NCBI RefSeq assembly: GCF_036321535.1
Contig: NC_087436.1
Location: 48,052,001 to 48,116,000, forward strand
Source of the DNA: Camelus dromedarius
Taxonomy: Eukaryota
Length of the DNA: 64,000 nt
Direction: 5' to 3'
Shown here: in pieces, positions 1 to 12,768 of the stretch
Position numbering within the stretch: position 1 is the stretch's first letter
Layout of the letters: each line of letters starts with the position of its first letter
The notes under the pieces: generated by a model
Database searches by the model: none
What the model was told of the DNA's origin: nothing
The model's input: only the letters and a program-made list of their open reading frames with translations
Made by a program: the position numbers and the translations under genes

Positions 1-790
1 TAGGAAATAACAGGAAGAGTTAAAGGAAAAACAAACATCCACAGTATTTACCCATTTGGAAATTTAACAGCACTTTCTTAAATAAGTCCTATATCATTTC
101 TCAATGCAACTGCATTGAGACTAGTTAGATATTGTAACTGCACTGCAAGTTATGGGATACAGCTCAAGAGGAAAAAAAATTGTAGCCTTAAATGTTCTTA
201 GTATTAATCAAGAAAGAATGAGAACAAATTAAATATTCAATGCAAGAAATTAGTAAGAGCACTCCATCCCACAAAAGCCAAGCTTAAGAAACCCATGAGG
301 AAATAATAAAAAGAGCAGAAGCTAAAAGAAAAGAAAACAGAAATGCAGCAGAATTGCTAATTGTACTTAAAAGCTGGTTCTCTGAAAAGATCTATGACAC
401 ATAACAAGCCTCTGGAATAGCTGTGAGATGAAAAGACAGAACTACAGGCATAAACAACCTTAGGAATGAGAAAGGGTACATGACCACAAATATGGAAGAA
501 TGTTTTTTTAAAAATAATAAAATATATAACTAAGCTGTAAACTTTGAAAATTTAGATTGCCTTTATGTTTCTCTAGGACATATAAATGATCAACATCGAA
601 GAAGGAAGTAATAGGCTGCCCAAACCATAAAACAAAATGAAAACATTGTCAAGGAACTACCATCATTCTGGCCCTGTGTTCAGGGCCCATATGCTTTTAG
701 CAATGAGTTCCAGCAAATCGATGAGAAATTGATAATTCCCCTTAGTCCTTAACTATCTGAGCTCACAAAAGAGGCAGAAATATTTTACCT
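1..790 (+). mobile_element. Old degraded L1 ORF2 fragment
   Basis: A-rich with ORF2 motifs (aaaagctggttctctgaaaagatc; ggaatgagaaaggg...accacaaata); no ORF. Confidence 0.7.
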
Positions 791-819
791 TTAAGAATCT
801 AAGATAAATATATTTTAAT

Positions 820-1380
820 TTATTTTCCATGGAACATGAAGAGCTCTTTCAGTATCCATCAGGTATTTTTTTTCCGTGTCATAAAATAATCTCTACTATG
901 TATTGTTGATTATTGCTTCTTTTCTACTTAGTCTAATATCTTCTCCAGGAGTATCAATTTTCAACTCAACTCTTTTCCAAACTCACACAAGTTTATCTTA
1001 CACATTATTGGTTAAATTGCATACAGTACCAGTATATGTATATTGTGGATTTTAAATTTGGTATCAAGCTACATTTTCTTAAAATTCTTTCTAATCTCCT
1101 GCCATTATTTTTACCCCATCCTACTGTTTTTTCTCTTTTCTCCTTTTATCTCCACTTAGTGATTTCAGGTTTTCTTCTCTCTCCTGATACAGCATTAATG
1201 ATTTCATATAAATTCTTAACATTGTCTTCTGGATTTCACATGAGACAATTTTCAGAGGTGGCTATTCCTTTGTTTTATTAGAATGATATTTAATTTCTCA
1301 CGTTCTGTCATTTTTTCATTGATTCCAATGATGTTTTATTTCTTTATAAAATTTGAAGTGGTGAATCTCTGAGGTAGGTC
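820..1380 (-). mobile_element. Old degraded L1 ORF2 fragment (antisense)
   Basis: T-rich with antisense ORF2-like motifs; explains ORF 1036-1281. Confidence 0.45.
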
Positions 1381-1434
1381 TGGTGCAGAACCCACCTGGG
1401 TCCTACTCTCTTTCTGTATTACTTCATGATGAAC

Positions 1435-1655
1435 AATCCAGACACTGGATCCAGGCTGCCTGGGTTCAAATCCAAATTTTATCACTTACTAGTTCTGTGA
1501 GCCTTACTTTTCTATGCTTCAGTTTCCATCTGTAAAGTTTGGGTAATACAATGACTGTAACTCCCTCATAAGGTTTCTAGGAAAATTAAACAAGTTAATT
1601 TACATAAAGGGTTTAGGATATCTGGCATATTCTAAGCACTGTAGAAGTGGTAGCA
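1435..1655 (+). mobile_element. MIR SINE
   Basis: ggctgcctgggttcaaatcc...acttactag...tttccatctgtaaa core. Confidence 0.8.
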
Positions 1656-2243
1656 ATTTTGCCATGGTTGAAGGAAGACCTCAGATCAACATAAGAGCAG
1701 GCTAATATTCATAGTTGTCAATTTAATTTCAGTTTTTTGCCAGAGAGAGCAGCCATATAGACATATTATTTTCTCCTTTCCCCACACCTGGTTCTGTAGT
1801 TCTCTGAATTTTTGAAAAAAATGATAATATTCCCAGAAATCAGGCAACAAATATTCTTCTTATCTCACTACACAATGCCATGACATTTCCTTTCTTTTCA
1901 TGTCCAACTGTTTGCTTGGAGTTGCTATTTCTGTATGAATGCAAAAAGAAGATAGAAGACTCTGGAGACAGGGATTATAGACAGAAGGAACCAGGATCCT
2001 GGCCTCAAAAAGTAGCACTAGATGGTAATAGGAAGGATCCCCTAGGCCTTATAATCAGCTGGGGGCAGGCTGTGTTAGAGAGAGAATGTCTTCCTATCTT
2101 CCATGGGACTCTACTGCATAAGAAAAATATCCAGATATGCTTGCCATAAGATCAGGATGCATTGTTCTTATCCTGGTTCAATGTGCCTGACAGTGGATAT
2201 GTTAACCAGGTCCCGGCATTCATCATGTTGGTATTTATTAATT

Positions 2244-2269
2244 TGTGTGTGTGTGTGTGTGTGTGTGTG
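2244..2269. repeat. (TG)n microsatellite
   Basis: Direct reading. Confidence 0.95.
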
Positions 2270-2560
2270 GCAAGAGCACCTGAGATCTACTCTTTAAGCA
2301 AATTTCCAGTATACAATATAATATTACTAACTACATATAATAACCATGATGTACATTAGACCTCCAGAATTTCTGCATCCTACATAACTGTAACTTTGTA
2401 CTCTTTGACTATGATCTCCCAATTTCCCCCACCTTCCCACCCTTGGTAACCACCATTCTACTCTCTACTTCTACAAATTCTAACTTTTTGAGATTCTACA
2501 TATAAGTGAGACATTACAGGATTTTACTTTCTGATCTAGCTTATTTCATCTAGCAAATTT
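2270..2560 (-). mobile_element. L1 3' end fragment (L1MA9-like)
   Basis: gatctactct..agcaaattt.cagtatacaat; ccttggtaaccaccattctactctct. Confidence 0.8.
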
Positions 2561-3072
2561 ATATCTTTTTCTTTATAATTTTATATGTATTTTACATGGA
2601 GTTGAAGGATCATAAATCTGGGGCTACATGGCAGATACAATTTTACACTTTATACATTGTTAATGTAAGGAGATACTATATGCAAGGTTCCTAGCTTCAT
2701 GTCTTTCATATAAAAATAAAAAATTTTCTGTCTCCAGTGCTCTGCCTCCACTTCTTTGAGATGTGGAATAATTAGATGTTTATCTATGATGTATTTGTTT
2801 TCGTTTCATTTTTTTCCAAATGTGAACAGGCTTATGATGGATTAAATATTGCTACGAATTCTTTTTTTATGATGTATTTGTTTGCCTGAGGAGGAGAAAA
2901 GGTCTCCTTTTTAAGCTCATTCCTCAAAACTTAACAGTAATGAAATAATTATGGCTGAAGAATACAGATATGCTATACACAACTTCATACAATGTAAAGT
3001 ACATTAAGAAAACCACAAACTAGCATAGTCATGTGTCCTATGTTTAAGACTAGTTAAAATTTTTTTCTCCAG

Positions 3073-3190
3073 GAAAACCTCCTTCATGAACATGCATTTT
3101 TTGCAATAATTTATCCATGTTTGTTCATTATTTATCTCCCAGCCTTCTTAAATGAGAACTTCACACTCTACCACATTCCAATGTCATTTA
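3073..3190 (+). pseudogene. Candidate pseudo-exon (phase 2-0)
   Basis: ttttttctccag|G...TTA|gtgtaa; KTSFMNMHFLQ*FIHVCSLFISQPS*MRTSHSTTFQCHL; donor weak. Confidence 0.4.
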
Positions 3191-3467
3191 GTGTAATTTA
3201 CCTCTTTCTTATATGTGATTTTTCACTTTATATCAGGATATTTAGCAGTTTTTATCTTGGGAAAGTTAAATTAATTAAATGAAGTCAATTGAAATAAATG
3301 ATGCAGCTTTTGAAAATGTATGACATCTGCTATCTGCTTTTTCGTTAAAGGTCCTCTTTAAGCATCTTTTTTAGTATCTATTTTCTCACTAAATAAAGAG
3401 AGACTAAGGAAACAAAAGTATGTAATTTCTTGGTCCCCTTGTTTAATTCATTTAAATTTAACCTAAG

Positions 3468-3501
3468 TCCATGTGTAAGAAGAATATCGACATTAAGGCA
3501 G
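3468..3501 (+). pseudogene. Candidate pseudo-exon (phase 0-1)
   Basis: acctaag|TCC...GCAG|gtgcaa; SMCKKNIDIKA. Confidence 0.45.
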
Positions 3502-3587
3502 GTGCAAGACAATGCAAAATTGAGGGAGAAAGTGATCATTTATGTAATCATTGAATCCCTTTCTTTTTCTTGTTGAACTTTGTGCAG

Positions 3588-3674
3588 TCTTATACTTGGA
3601 TCTACCAAATATTTTTCCAACTCCAGTAGTTGGATCGCTTGCTAATTAAAAAATAATGTCTCTGTGGTTGACTG
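3588..3674 (+). pseudogene. Pseudo-exon (phase 1-1)
   Basis: Long pyrimidine tract, then tgtgcag|TC...ACTG|gtatac; (V)LYLDLPNIFPTPVVGSLAN*KIMSLWLT. Confidence 0.55.
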
Positions 3675-3921
3675 GTATACCAATCATGTAGCAGATGACT
3701 ATTGTGCACAAACAAGTCAGGAGTTCCATGATACAACAAATTTCATGGCTTTTGTCTCTCCTGTACTTACTGGCACAATCTGATTTTTTTTTTTTTTTTT
3801 TTTTTTTACAAAAACACTGAGGATAACTGGTTTTGATAGCACCTCTGACAAAAAAGGCCTTGGTTGCGTAAGTTACACATATTTGTAAGTAGTTGTGAAG
3901 AAGAATAATTTGTTTATAAAG

Positions 3922-4026
3922 ATCACTGCACATATGGTCAACAACTGGAACTCATACATAGGCTTCATCAGTGTAAACAATTATTGAAACAATGAAATTG
4001 GCTATTTTGGTCCTCTGGACTGCTTT
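3922..4026 (+). pseudogene. Pseudo-exon (phase 1-1)
   Basis: tttataaag|AT...CTTT|gtaaat; (D)HCTYGQQLELIHRLHQCKQLLKQ*NWLFWSSGLL. Confidence 0.65.
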
Positions 4027-4539
4027 GTAAATCAGAATAAGCAATTAATCATTTCTATCATTTTCATTAAGAAAAATATGCTAAACATTTGAACTTTTAA
4101 GATGTGTATATTGTTCTATTAGTCCTCAGCGTAGGTATTATGTTCATAATACAAAAAACAGTAGTTAAAATCTATACATAGGCAGTCTCCCACACGAAAA
4201 TAATGAAATAGACTATTCATGATAATAGTAGTTTTTCATGATACTGCATTTAAATTTATGATCTAATTACCATTCTAATGAACTCAGTGGGAGGGCCTCA
4301 TTTTCATACCAGAATACAGAAACAATAGGAGAGAAATAAAAAATTTGGGACATGCAGCAAGAACATGGCTTTGTAAGGCATTTTCTTCTTGTGCAATCTA
4401 TAAAAATTAACAGGAAAATACAAGAAGACCTGCAAACTACATTTCCAACAAAACTAAGTGTACATGTATGTATATATGTATACATATATATACCTACACA
4501 GACATATATATTTTCTACAGACTCCAAAGTACATAAAAG

Positions 4540-5860
4540 GGCTTCTAAAACAATTGAGATCAGATGAAAATATGCAACAGGAAGTACAGAGAAGAATGTC
4601 AGAGAGGTTCAGCATATTCCAAAATTTACCAGTAAATGAGGGACACTTGCCAGGAAAGGTTGCTATGGAGATGAAAATATTACATTTTCTGACTCAAAAT
4701 TAAAATGACATAATTTCCTCTAAAAAAAAAGTTAAAATTGGAACAACTGAAGGAAAAGACATGAAGTCAACAGGATTAGTCGAAATATGAGGAAGTAAGT
4801 GGTGGAATTCAAGAAAAAAGTAGAACAACACATAATCAGAATAGAAATAGTGATGCTATTCCAAGGAGGCTGAGGAAGAACACACAATTGAAAACATTGT
4901 AAGGGCCACAGAGAATGGAAATGAGAACAATGAATTTTAAAAAATGCAAATAGAAAGCCACAAAAGATTAGGGGGGATATAGTAGACACAGAAAATAAGC
5001 AAAGAAGACCGAGAATGTACCTTGCCTCATTCTTTGAATAAAACACATATCTGAAGGTTCAAATTTGAAAACTTTACTGAAATAGAAAAGAACTTGAATT
5101 TACAAAGTGAAAAGGCACACTGTGAACCAGAGGAAACAGACTAAGAGCATAATAATAAAAAATGCTGGGCAACTAAGCAAAAAGGTCAGCTAAGAGGGAA
5201 AACTATCCTGCTGTGGAGAAAAATGGAGATTATATTAGAGTAAACCCCTCCACAAAATAAAGAAGTAAGATAATTATGATGCAAGGATTTTATATCCAGC
5301 CAAGCTGGCTCAAGCAAAAATACTACAGTTTTTAAAATTCAAGAACACAGAAAATACTTTTTCTAGAAGAGTGCATTTCAGCTAACTAAGAAATAATTGC
5401 AAAAATAAGGCATAGAGCTGAGATGAGCATTAAATATATTTAACTGTAGAACTAAGACCCAGGAGATTAGTGTGACAAAAAAGACTATAAATGTGTTATG
5501 CCAACACATTGCCCAAAAGATTAAAAAAAAAAAATTGGAAAAGATAGGGGAGGAAAAGGCTGTAGGTAAATTTGTTGAGTTTCAGGGAGTCAAAGAATAT
5601 CCTCTAAAGCTGACAAATCATGTTGAAGATATATAAGCACATTTGATACTATAAAGGTAAACACTAAGAAAGAAAACATTATTGACTATATTCAAGAGTT
5701 GGAGAAGGAAGGGATATAAAAAGTTCTCCAAGAAACTGTTAAGTAAAAAATAGATTAGGTGTGAGACTATGTCTAGCAGTCTTTTTGTGTAAAAGGAAGA
5801 GGAAATAAGAATAATTATTTGTGCTTATTTTATTTACATGAAAAATTTCTGGAGAAATAG
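4540..5860 (+). mobile_element. Very old L1 (L1ME/HAL1-type) ORF1-region remnant
   Basis: A-rich degraded ORF1 motifs (gaaaaggcacactgtg; aggattttatatccagccaagct). Confidence 0.55.
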
Positions 5861-6299
5861 ACCAGAAACTAAAAGATTTGGTTATACATATACATATATA
5901 TAGTATTTGAATATACTATTATATTAAAGATTAAAATGAAAAATAGGACAAATTAATTTTTCATACTTGCATTTATTTTTATGGCTGGCATATTGTCACA
6001 GTTGATTTCCTTCTTCTTTATCTAAGATCTGTCCCTTCACTCAGCCTCAAATATTTTCTGCCAATGTCAAAATTTTCATTCTTTTTCAAGCTCAACACAT
6101 GCCCTAGAGATTATCTTTCCTCTAGCTCTACCTAATAGGTCCATTCTAAGTATCACCCCTTCCATGAACCCTTCTTCCAGTACCCTTACTCTGACTGATG
6201 TACAAATCAATCAGATTTTACTCTTACTCCAATTATACAAAGCATGTAGATATTTGTGTCTTAATGTCAGTGCCCACCAAAGAATATCCACCACAGAAT

Positions 6300-6965
6300 T
6301 AGCAATCAAAAACTAGGTAGGCAGGATGACTCATTTGGTGGATGTCAGTTAGCTATCATTTGACTTCAGTGCTGGTGGTGCAGAGAGGCTATCCAGCCAC
6401 CACCTTCAAAACTCAGTGGCAGGGTGGATTTAATGCAGGGGGCACGTGGATCTGAGAAGAACACGGTGGAAATTGTAGCAAATGTTTCCAATATCTCATA
6501 TCAAGGCCCTTTGGCTAACCTCTGATTCAGGTGTGGCTGATGATACCATACAATTAAACCTTTCCTCCTCAACAGTGAATACTGTGTCTTTTTGTTTCTG
6601 CCCTAGGGTCTTCTCTGGAACTATAGAAGCCCACTTAGTTTGTAAATGCAGAAATGGTTGAGGAGTGAATACTTCTGGGGCTACTCTTGATAATGGGGAG
6701 AAGTAGCCAGTATATAAATGCTTCAGCATCCCATCCTTCAGGTGGAAAATTTCTGAAGGCATTGTGATTGCTTCCCAGAAGATCCTAGTAGAAACGAGCC
6801 CCACTGTGCACAACAGGGACTTGGATGACAAACACTCTTACACTGACTCTTCCTCCTGCCCTGACTCAATATTTTCACTCCTTCTCTTCTGTGGTCACCT
6901 CTCAAATGTAGTTCCTGTGTCATAAATTCTTGTTTCAGTTTCTGTTTGTGGGGAAATCCAAACTA
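6300..6965 (+). mobile_element. Old ERVL-type solo LTR (family uncertain)
   Basis: GC-richer block ending cataaattcttgtttcagtttctgtttgtggggaaatccaaacta, typical of LTR16/33-like 3' ends. Confidence 0.45.
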
Positions 6966-7270
6966 CCCCCCTTGCAACATATCAGATAAAAAAGGGAAGT
7001 TTCGGATAATCTTAAGGTATATATTGGAATCCAATTATAAATGTGAAAAGACAGTTATATGTATATATATGGCAGAATTTATGAGGATGGTCTGAACTGA
7101 AGACATAAATTCATAAATGGTTACCACATAGTTTAAAAGCCATATGACTGAACAAAATTACCAAGCTAGTGATATGAAAGAACATCTGTTGGATAAAAGT
7201 AAATAGTACCTCCAAAATTCTACTGCTCTTTTGAAATGTAACTGAATATTCTATAAATTGATTAATTTAG

Positions 7271-7340
7271 CTCCATGGTAGTCCAATGTACGATCCAGGG
7301 AGATTGCAATAGGAAGGGGCAGTGATAAACGAACTGATAG
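7271..7340 (+). pseudogene. Pseudo-exon (phase 1-2)
   Basis: ttaatttag|CT...GATAG|gttctc; (S)PW*SNVRSREIAIGRGSDKRTD; retains CpGs in AT-rich surroundings. Confidence 0.6.
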
Positions 7341-7682
7341 GTTCTCTGCTCTCACTGACACTTTGACCAAGGCACATGTGATCATATCTGTTCTGTACAT
7401 AGGAATTCACATAAGATTTCATTTCATTCAAAAAGTGTTTTTATTTTGAAAATCAGAGCATTAGACAAGCAAGTCCAGGAAATGAAACTAACTTTTTCTG
7501 TAAACTTAATATGCTCTAGGTATCATGCTATATATATTTATACATTCTCCCACTTATTCTTCCTGCCAAATTAGGTAGACCTCTACAGATGTTAAGCATC
7601 TTGTCTAAAATTATATGCCTCTTAGGTGAATCTGAATCTTCAGTATGACTACTAAACACTTGTGTTTTTCAATGTTTACGAG

Positions 7683-7713
7683 TATTAAGAGAGTCTGTAT
7701 GAAGTGGCTTGAG
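7683..7713 (+). pseudogene. Pseudo-exon (phase 2-0)
   Basis: tttacgag|T...GAG|gtatga; (S)IKRVCMKWLE; GAG acceptor is atypical. Confidence 0.5.
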
Positions 7714-8137
7714 GTATGACCTATTCTCCCTATTTACTGCCTTTTAAGCATCAATCTTTTTTATGTGTTCTCTATTTCATTAAAGTAAGATCTAATTTGA
7801 AAGTACAAATAGATAAAATATAAACAAAAAATGTCTAAAGTAAGTTAAATACAGCAGAAGTCAAAACAGTAAAACAATTCTGCTATGGAGAGAGAAAAAA
7901 GAAAAAAAATATCTATCATTAAGCAACATGCAGAACATATTTCTATAACCTAAAATGGCTAAAACCATTAGGAAAAGTCCTATGCATAGATCATGATAAA
8001 ACTAGGATTTTTGTGATGGAAAACTTTCTAAGGTAATATAAAATATGATTATTGTTATCACTATAAAAATGTAGCCACATTGGCATGAATTTTAGTGTAA
8101 TTCTAGATTAAATATACTCATCTCAAATATTTCTAAG

Positions 8138-9165
8138 GGTGGAATCAAAGTGGAGGAGTAGTCTGAGCTCATCTCTCCTCACAAACATACCAAAACTACA
8201 ACTATATACAGAGCAACTCTCACTGAGAATGACCTGAAGACTGGCTCTTCTACAACAAAGGCTGTAAAGAAACACATGGAGTCTGGTAGGAAGGGAGGAG
8301 AAGCAATCCAGTCAGGATCTGTACCCCTAGCAGGGGACCCAGAAAAAACGGATAAATTCCTAGAAACATACGATCTTCCAATACAGAATCAGGAAGAAAC
8401 AGATAACCTGAACAGATTACTAGTACTGAAACTGAATCAGTAATTAAAAACAAACAAACAAACAAAAACTCCCAACAAACAAAAGTCCAAGACCAGACAG
8501 CTTCACAGGGAATTTCTACCAAACATGTAAAGAAGAGATAATACCCATCCTTTTCAAACTATTCCAAAAAATTGAAGAGGAGGCAACATTCCCATCTTCA
8601 TTCTATGAGACCAGGATCACCTTAAACCAAAACCAGACAAACATATCACACACAAAAGTAAAATACAGGTCATTATCTCTGATGAATACAGATGCAAAAA
8701 TCCTCAACAAAATATCAGCAAACTAAATTCAACAATATATAAAAAGGGTCATCCACCATGATCAAGTGGGATTTATCAAGGACAGTTCAATATCCATGAG
8801 ACAGTCAGTGTGATACATCACATTAACAAAATGAAGGATAAAAATCACACAATCATCTCAATAAATGCAGAAAAATCATTTGACAAAATTCAACATCCAT
8901 TCATGATAAAAACTCCAAACAAAGTTGCTATAAAGAGAACATAATATAACATAATAAAGGCCATATATGACAAACCCACAGCTAACATCATATTCAATAG
9001 TAAAAAGCTGAAAGCTTTTCCTCTAAGATCAGGAATAAGACAAGGATGCCCACTCTATCCATTTCTCTTTAACACAGTTTTGGGATTTCTAGCCATGGCA
9101 TTCAGAATCACTATGCTGTACACCTAAAACTCATATAATATTGTAAGTTAACTACAATTACAGTT
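8138..9165 (+). mobile_element. L1 with two internal deletions (5'UTR start + central ORF2 + 3' tip)
   Basis: 5'UTR 8138-8342 (similar to 35650-35830), ORF2 8343-9103, 3' terminal motif gaatcactatgctgtacacct...aactacaatt. Confidence 0.8.
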
Positions 9166-9209
9166 TTTTAAGATAATGTGTTTTCTTGGTAGTCATAGTT
9201 TATTTTCAG

Positions 9210-9242
9210 CTCATTCTTCTTGAAATAGCCACTTTAGAACAG
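9210..9242 (+). pseudogene. Pseudo-exon (phase 0-0)
   Basis: tattttcag|CTC...CAG|gtagca; LILLEIATLEQ. Confidence 0.6.
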
Positions 9243-9505
9243 GTAGCATAATTAACATATATCCTGAGGTTTGCACCCCTAAAGAGCTGTAAAACTTATA
9301 GAATATGTGAATATCTTCACAAAATGTGATTTAATTATAATTTAAAAAGCCCTTCAGTTTATTCAATTTATGTGATTCCATTAAACCGACTGTAATTTAT
9401 GAATGAGAAATTAGTGCAGGATCTCACTGGCAGCCACTCAACCCATATGTCTGTTCTAAATAAGAATACTTGCACTTTTCTGAATAAATCAGCAGTGTTT
9501 CCTCT

Positions 9506-9511
9506 ACACAC

Positions 9512-9559
<48 letters not shown>
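9506..9559. repeat. (CA)n microsatellite
   Basis: Direct reading. Confidence 0.95.
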
Positions 9560-9561
<2 letters not shown>

Positions 9562-9639
9562 TTCAATTTAAATATATGCAGCTATTTAGAAACTCATGTA
9601 AGAATGTACAATACCACAGGTCACTAACATTTTGACTAG

Positions 9640-9735
9640 CTGGATCTCTTAGTAGGAATTAGTCGTCAAGAGACCTGGACTTAGGAATACCACTTGGCAC
9701 AAAATTTAACCAAAATTTTGCTAACCAGTCAAAAG
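9640..9735 (+). pseudogene. Pseudo-exon (phase 0-0, donor degenerate)
   Basis: Branch-point-like actaac, then ttttgactag|CTG; LDLLVGISRQETWT*EYHLAQNLTKILLTSQK; expected donor reads atgatg (alternative end 9740, gttaaa). Confidence 0.6.
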
Positions 9736-10030
9736 ATGATGTTAAAATACGCTATATCTCCATTCCTTACTAAAACTTCTTCTAAATATCCCACAAATGT
9801 TGCTATGTAGGGATGTCTTAATCATTTGCTTTTCATATCACTCCAAGAACCTCACGTTTAAAGACTGTAAGAGCCATAGCTTGATGTCTTCTGAGAAATC
9901 ATACAACAGAAGTTGGGCACGAAAACATTGTTTGAAATATTTGAAACTTTTCTTTTCCCCCGGTCATATCCAGTTCCTTATTTATGATGACAAAAATGGA
10001 TAAATGGATAAATAAAACCACCTATTTCAG

Positions 10031-10064
10031 ATTTACAATACATTATGGAATTCTCTACTGTCAG
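10031..10064 (+). pseudogene. Pseudo-exon (phase 0-1)
   Basis: cctatttcag|ATT...TCAG|gtcagt; IYNTLWNSLLS. Confidence 0.6.
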
Positions 10065-10309
10065 GTCAGTGGGACATACTTATTTACAAATAAGATAATT
10101 TGGCAAACATTTTCTAAACAATTTCTGCGGTTAGATAAGCCATCTTTGGACTACAAGTAAAAACACGAAAAGTCACAGTATAAGGAAAAATACACTTGAC
10201 AAAAGATTTATAAAATTATAATTATTTTATTATAAAATTATATAAAAATATATCTATGAACATGTGTATATGACTTATATAAACAGATTAAGAGGACCAA
10301 TATCCTGTA

Positions 10310-10548
10310 ATGACTGAGTCCAGAGTCTGGCACTAGGAATACTTGTTCAAATATAAGTGTGGCAAATTATGTGACTTTTCACATAAATAATCTTTCAATT
10401 CTTTGGGCCTAAATTCCTTCATCTGTAAAATGGGGGTAGTACTATTTCCTATATAATGGTGTAAAAATGAACTAACTACAGATAAAGTACTCAGAACAAT
10501 ACTTAGCTCACAGTGAATGATCAGCAAGCGTTAGGTATTATTATTATT
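10310..10548 (+). mobile_element. MIR SINE
   Basis: ttccttcatctgtaaaatggggg core; cacagtgaatgatcagcaagcgttagg tail. Confidence 0.8.
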
Positions 10549-10557
10549 TAAAAAAAT

Positions 10558-10636
10558 ATATATGACTGAACTATCATGCTTTACACCAGAAATTGACACA
10601 ACGTTGTAAACTGAGTATACTTCAATTAAAAAAAAA
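10558..10636 (+). mobile_element. Young L1 3' tip with A tail
   Basis: gaaattgacacaacgttgtaaactgagtatacttcaattaaaaaa; flanked by aaaaaaatat duplication. Confidence 0.8.
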
Positions 10637-11524
10637 TATGTGGAATATTGTGTTATCTTCCAAAAGTTTTGCTTTTGCTCGCAACTGAGTCCATCCCAAG
10701 GAGCACTTCTCTATTAGAGGATAATACATTCTTGCCCTAGTTACATCAGTTTTGGAATGTGATTTGCTTTGTACTGTTGAATTTGAAATGAAGGGAACTG
10801 TGCTACTTCTAAACAAAAGCTGAAGGGCTGTAGTCTTATCTATTACCCTCTCTCTTATTTGTCTGCTGTGAGATCAGCATGCCCCATAAGTGGGTCAGGT
10901 CTATCAGCTTGGGTCCTGGAGTGAAGAATACATGCAGTTGACCCCAAATGGATATATAACATGATAAAAAATAATTGTTTTGGTAGATCACTTAGATATT
11001 TGGATCACTGGTTATCACAGTATAACTTAGCTATATTGATTGATACAGAAACTGGTGCCAGAAATGGGGTTTCAATGAAAAAATCCTAAATGTCTTTGAC
11101 TCTGGTGCTGGGCAACAAGTACCAAGGACATTTCTATAGGTGTCTGGGAAGATGACAATCCACATTATTCTGTACAAAACATTAGGTAATAAAGGCACAT
11201 TATTGGGAAGGCACATAATGTACTATTTAGTTTGTGGTTTTAGATAAAAGAGATTAGGAAGCAATACTATTACTGTGCCATGGTTGCACACAAATAAGGT
11301 GATACAAGAAAGAGATGAGCTAAGAAATGAACCGGCCAGTTTTCAGGAATAAAAGAAAACCAAGTACTCCAAATAGTCCAACATTTTCCAAGATAAAAAA
11401 CACAGGTGTTTCTCATTTGTGATAAATTGAGAAAAACTGAGGAGGCCTTTGAAGCAATAAAAGTCAGTTAAAACTTATACTGCGGTCAGAAGACATACCA
11501 AGAGTTGTGTTCACTTTTGTAATG

Positions 11525-11757
11525 AACAGAAGGCTTTTGTCCACCTCCCCACACACAAATTCACATGTTGAAATCTATTCTCCAATCAGATAATATTTGG
11601 AGGTGGGCCTTTGGGAGGTAATTAGTTCATGAAGTGGATGGAGCCCTCTTTTCTTTCCTTTTTTTTTTTTTTTAACATTTTTTATTGATTTATAATCATT
11701 TTACAATGTCGTATCAAATTCCAGTGTAGAGCACAATTTTTCATTTATACATGAACA

Positions 11758-11804
<47 letters not shown>

Positions 11805-12062
11805 ATATACGATGGAGCCCTCTTGAGTGAGATTAGTGTCCTTATAAGAAGAGACCAAAGAGATATCTAATTCTTTTTCTACCATGAGAAGATACAGTGA
11901 GAATTCAGCCATCTGCAAACTTCGAAGAGTGCTCTTAGCAGAAACCCTATCAGGCTGGCACCCTTATCTCAAACTTTCAGCTTTCATAACTGTGAGAGAT
12001 AAATTTCTGTTGTTAATAAACTAAGTATGTAATATTTCATTGTAGTATTCTGAGCTAAGACA
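11525..12062 (+). mobile_element. MaLR solo LTR (MLT1A/MST-like)
   Basis: aaattcacatgttgaaatc; ttggaggtgggcctttgggaggtaattag; actgtgagagataaatttctgttgtt; ends ctaagaca. Confidence 0.8.
11651..11810 (-). mobile_element. Young L1 3' tip with 14-bp TSD and (TATC)n at its 5' end
   Basis: TSD gatggagccctctt at 11637-11650 and 11811-11824; poly-T; matches the 3' end at 20060-20150 in reverse. Confidence 0.9.
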
Positions 12063-12768
12063 GACTTTTTATTAAAATCTTTGAATTACTAAGTGGCACT
12101 GAATAAATCCTTTCAGTTGGACAAAATGGCAGAAGGTAAAGAAAATAAGAGAACGGTTCTCCAAGGTAAGACTGATAATCATAAGTTAAAGGTAATTAAG
12201 AAAGAGATGCTCTCTCTCAGAAAAAAAACTTGTAGGCATGGCTATTGGCACACAGATACAGCAGGAATAAAGTAGATAAAAAGCAACTAAGGCTATAAAT
12301 GACCTAAGTTCAGGATGACAGATCCCATGATACTAAAATCTATTACAGATATGAAATAGCTTGATTATTCATAACTGTCAGTTCAGGTTAAAAAAAAAAC
12401 AGCACATATTGATATTGTTACGGCTAACCAGATAGATGAAATAAAACATCAGTCTTGACTCTTACATTCCTCCTTGTCAGAAGGGCTTTTTGGTAAATGT
12501 GAATGATCATTTTCAAAAATAAATGTTATTAAGTTATGTATCAGAACTGATTTTTTTTTAGATACTGATATCATTATCACTGAACTATATTTGAACTCTG
12601 TATCATTTTACAATGAATGAAATCCTATTTGGAAAGTTCCAATTCCAAATAGTACTGAGGTTAAATGCTGGCTGGGGCTCTCCTTGCATGTAGGTTTTTC
12701 TGACATAACATCTGAATTACGCTGTATTTTTATTCAATGAATGTTCTTTTATAGGTATCATTCATTTT

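Larger units (their letters stand above)
10640..12300 (+). mobile_element. Old MaLR (MLT1-type) LTR plus internal sequence, interrupted by a younger MaLR LTR
   Basis: LTR end ...tataacttagctatattgattgataca followed by gaaactggtgccagaaatgggg (MaLR internal start). Confidence 0.55.
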
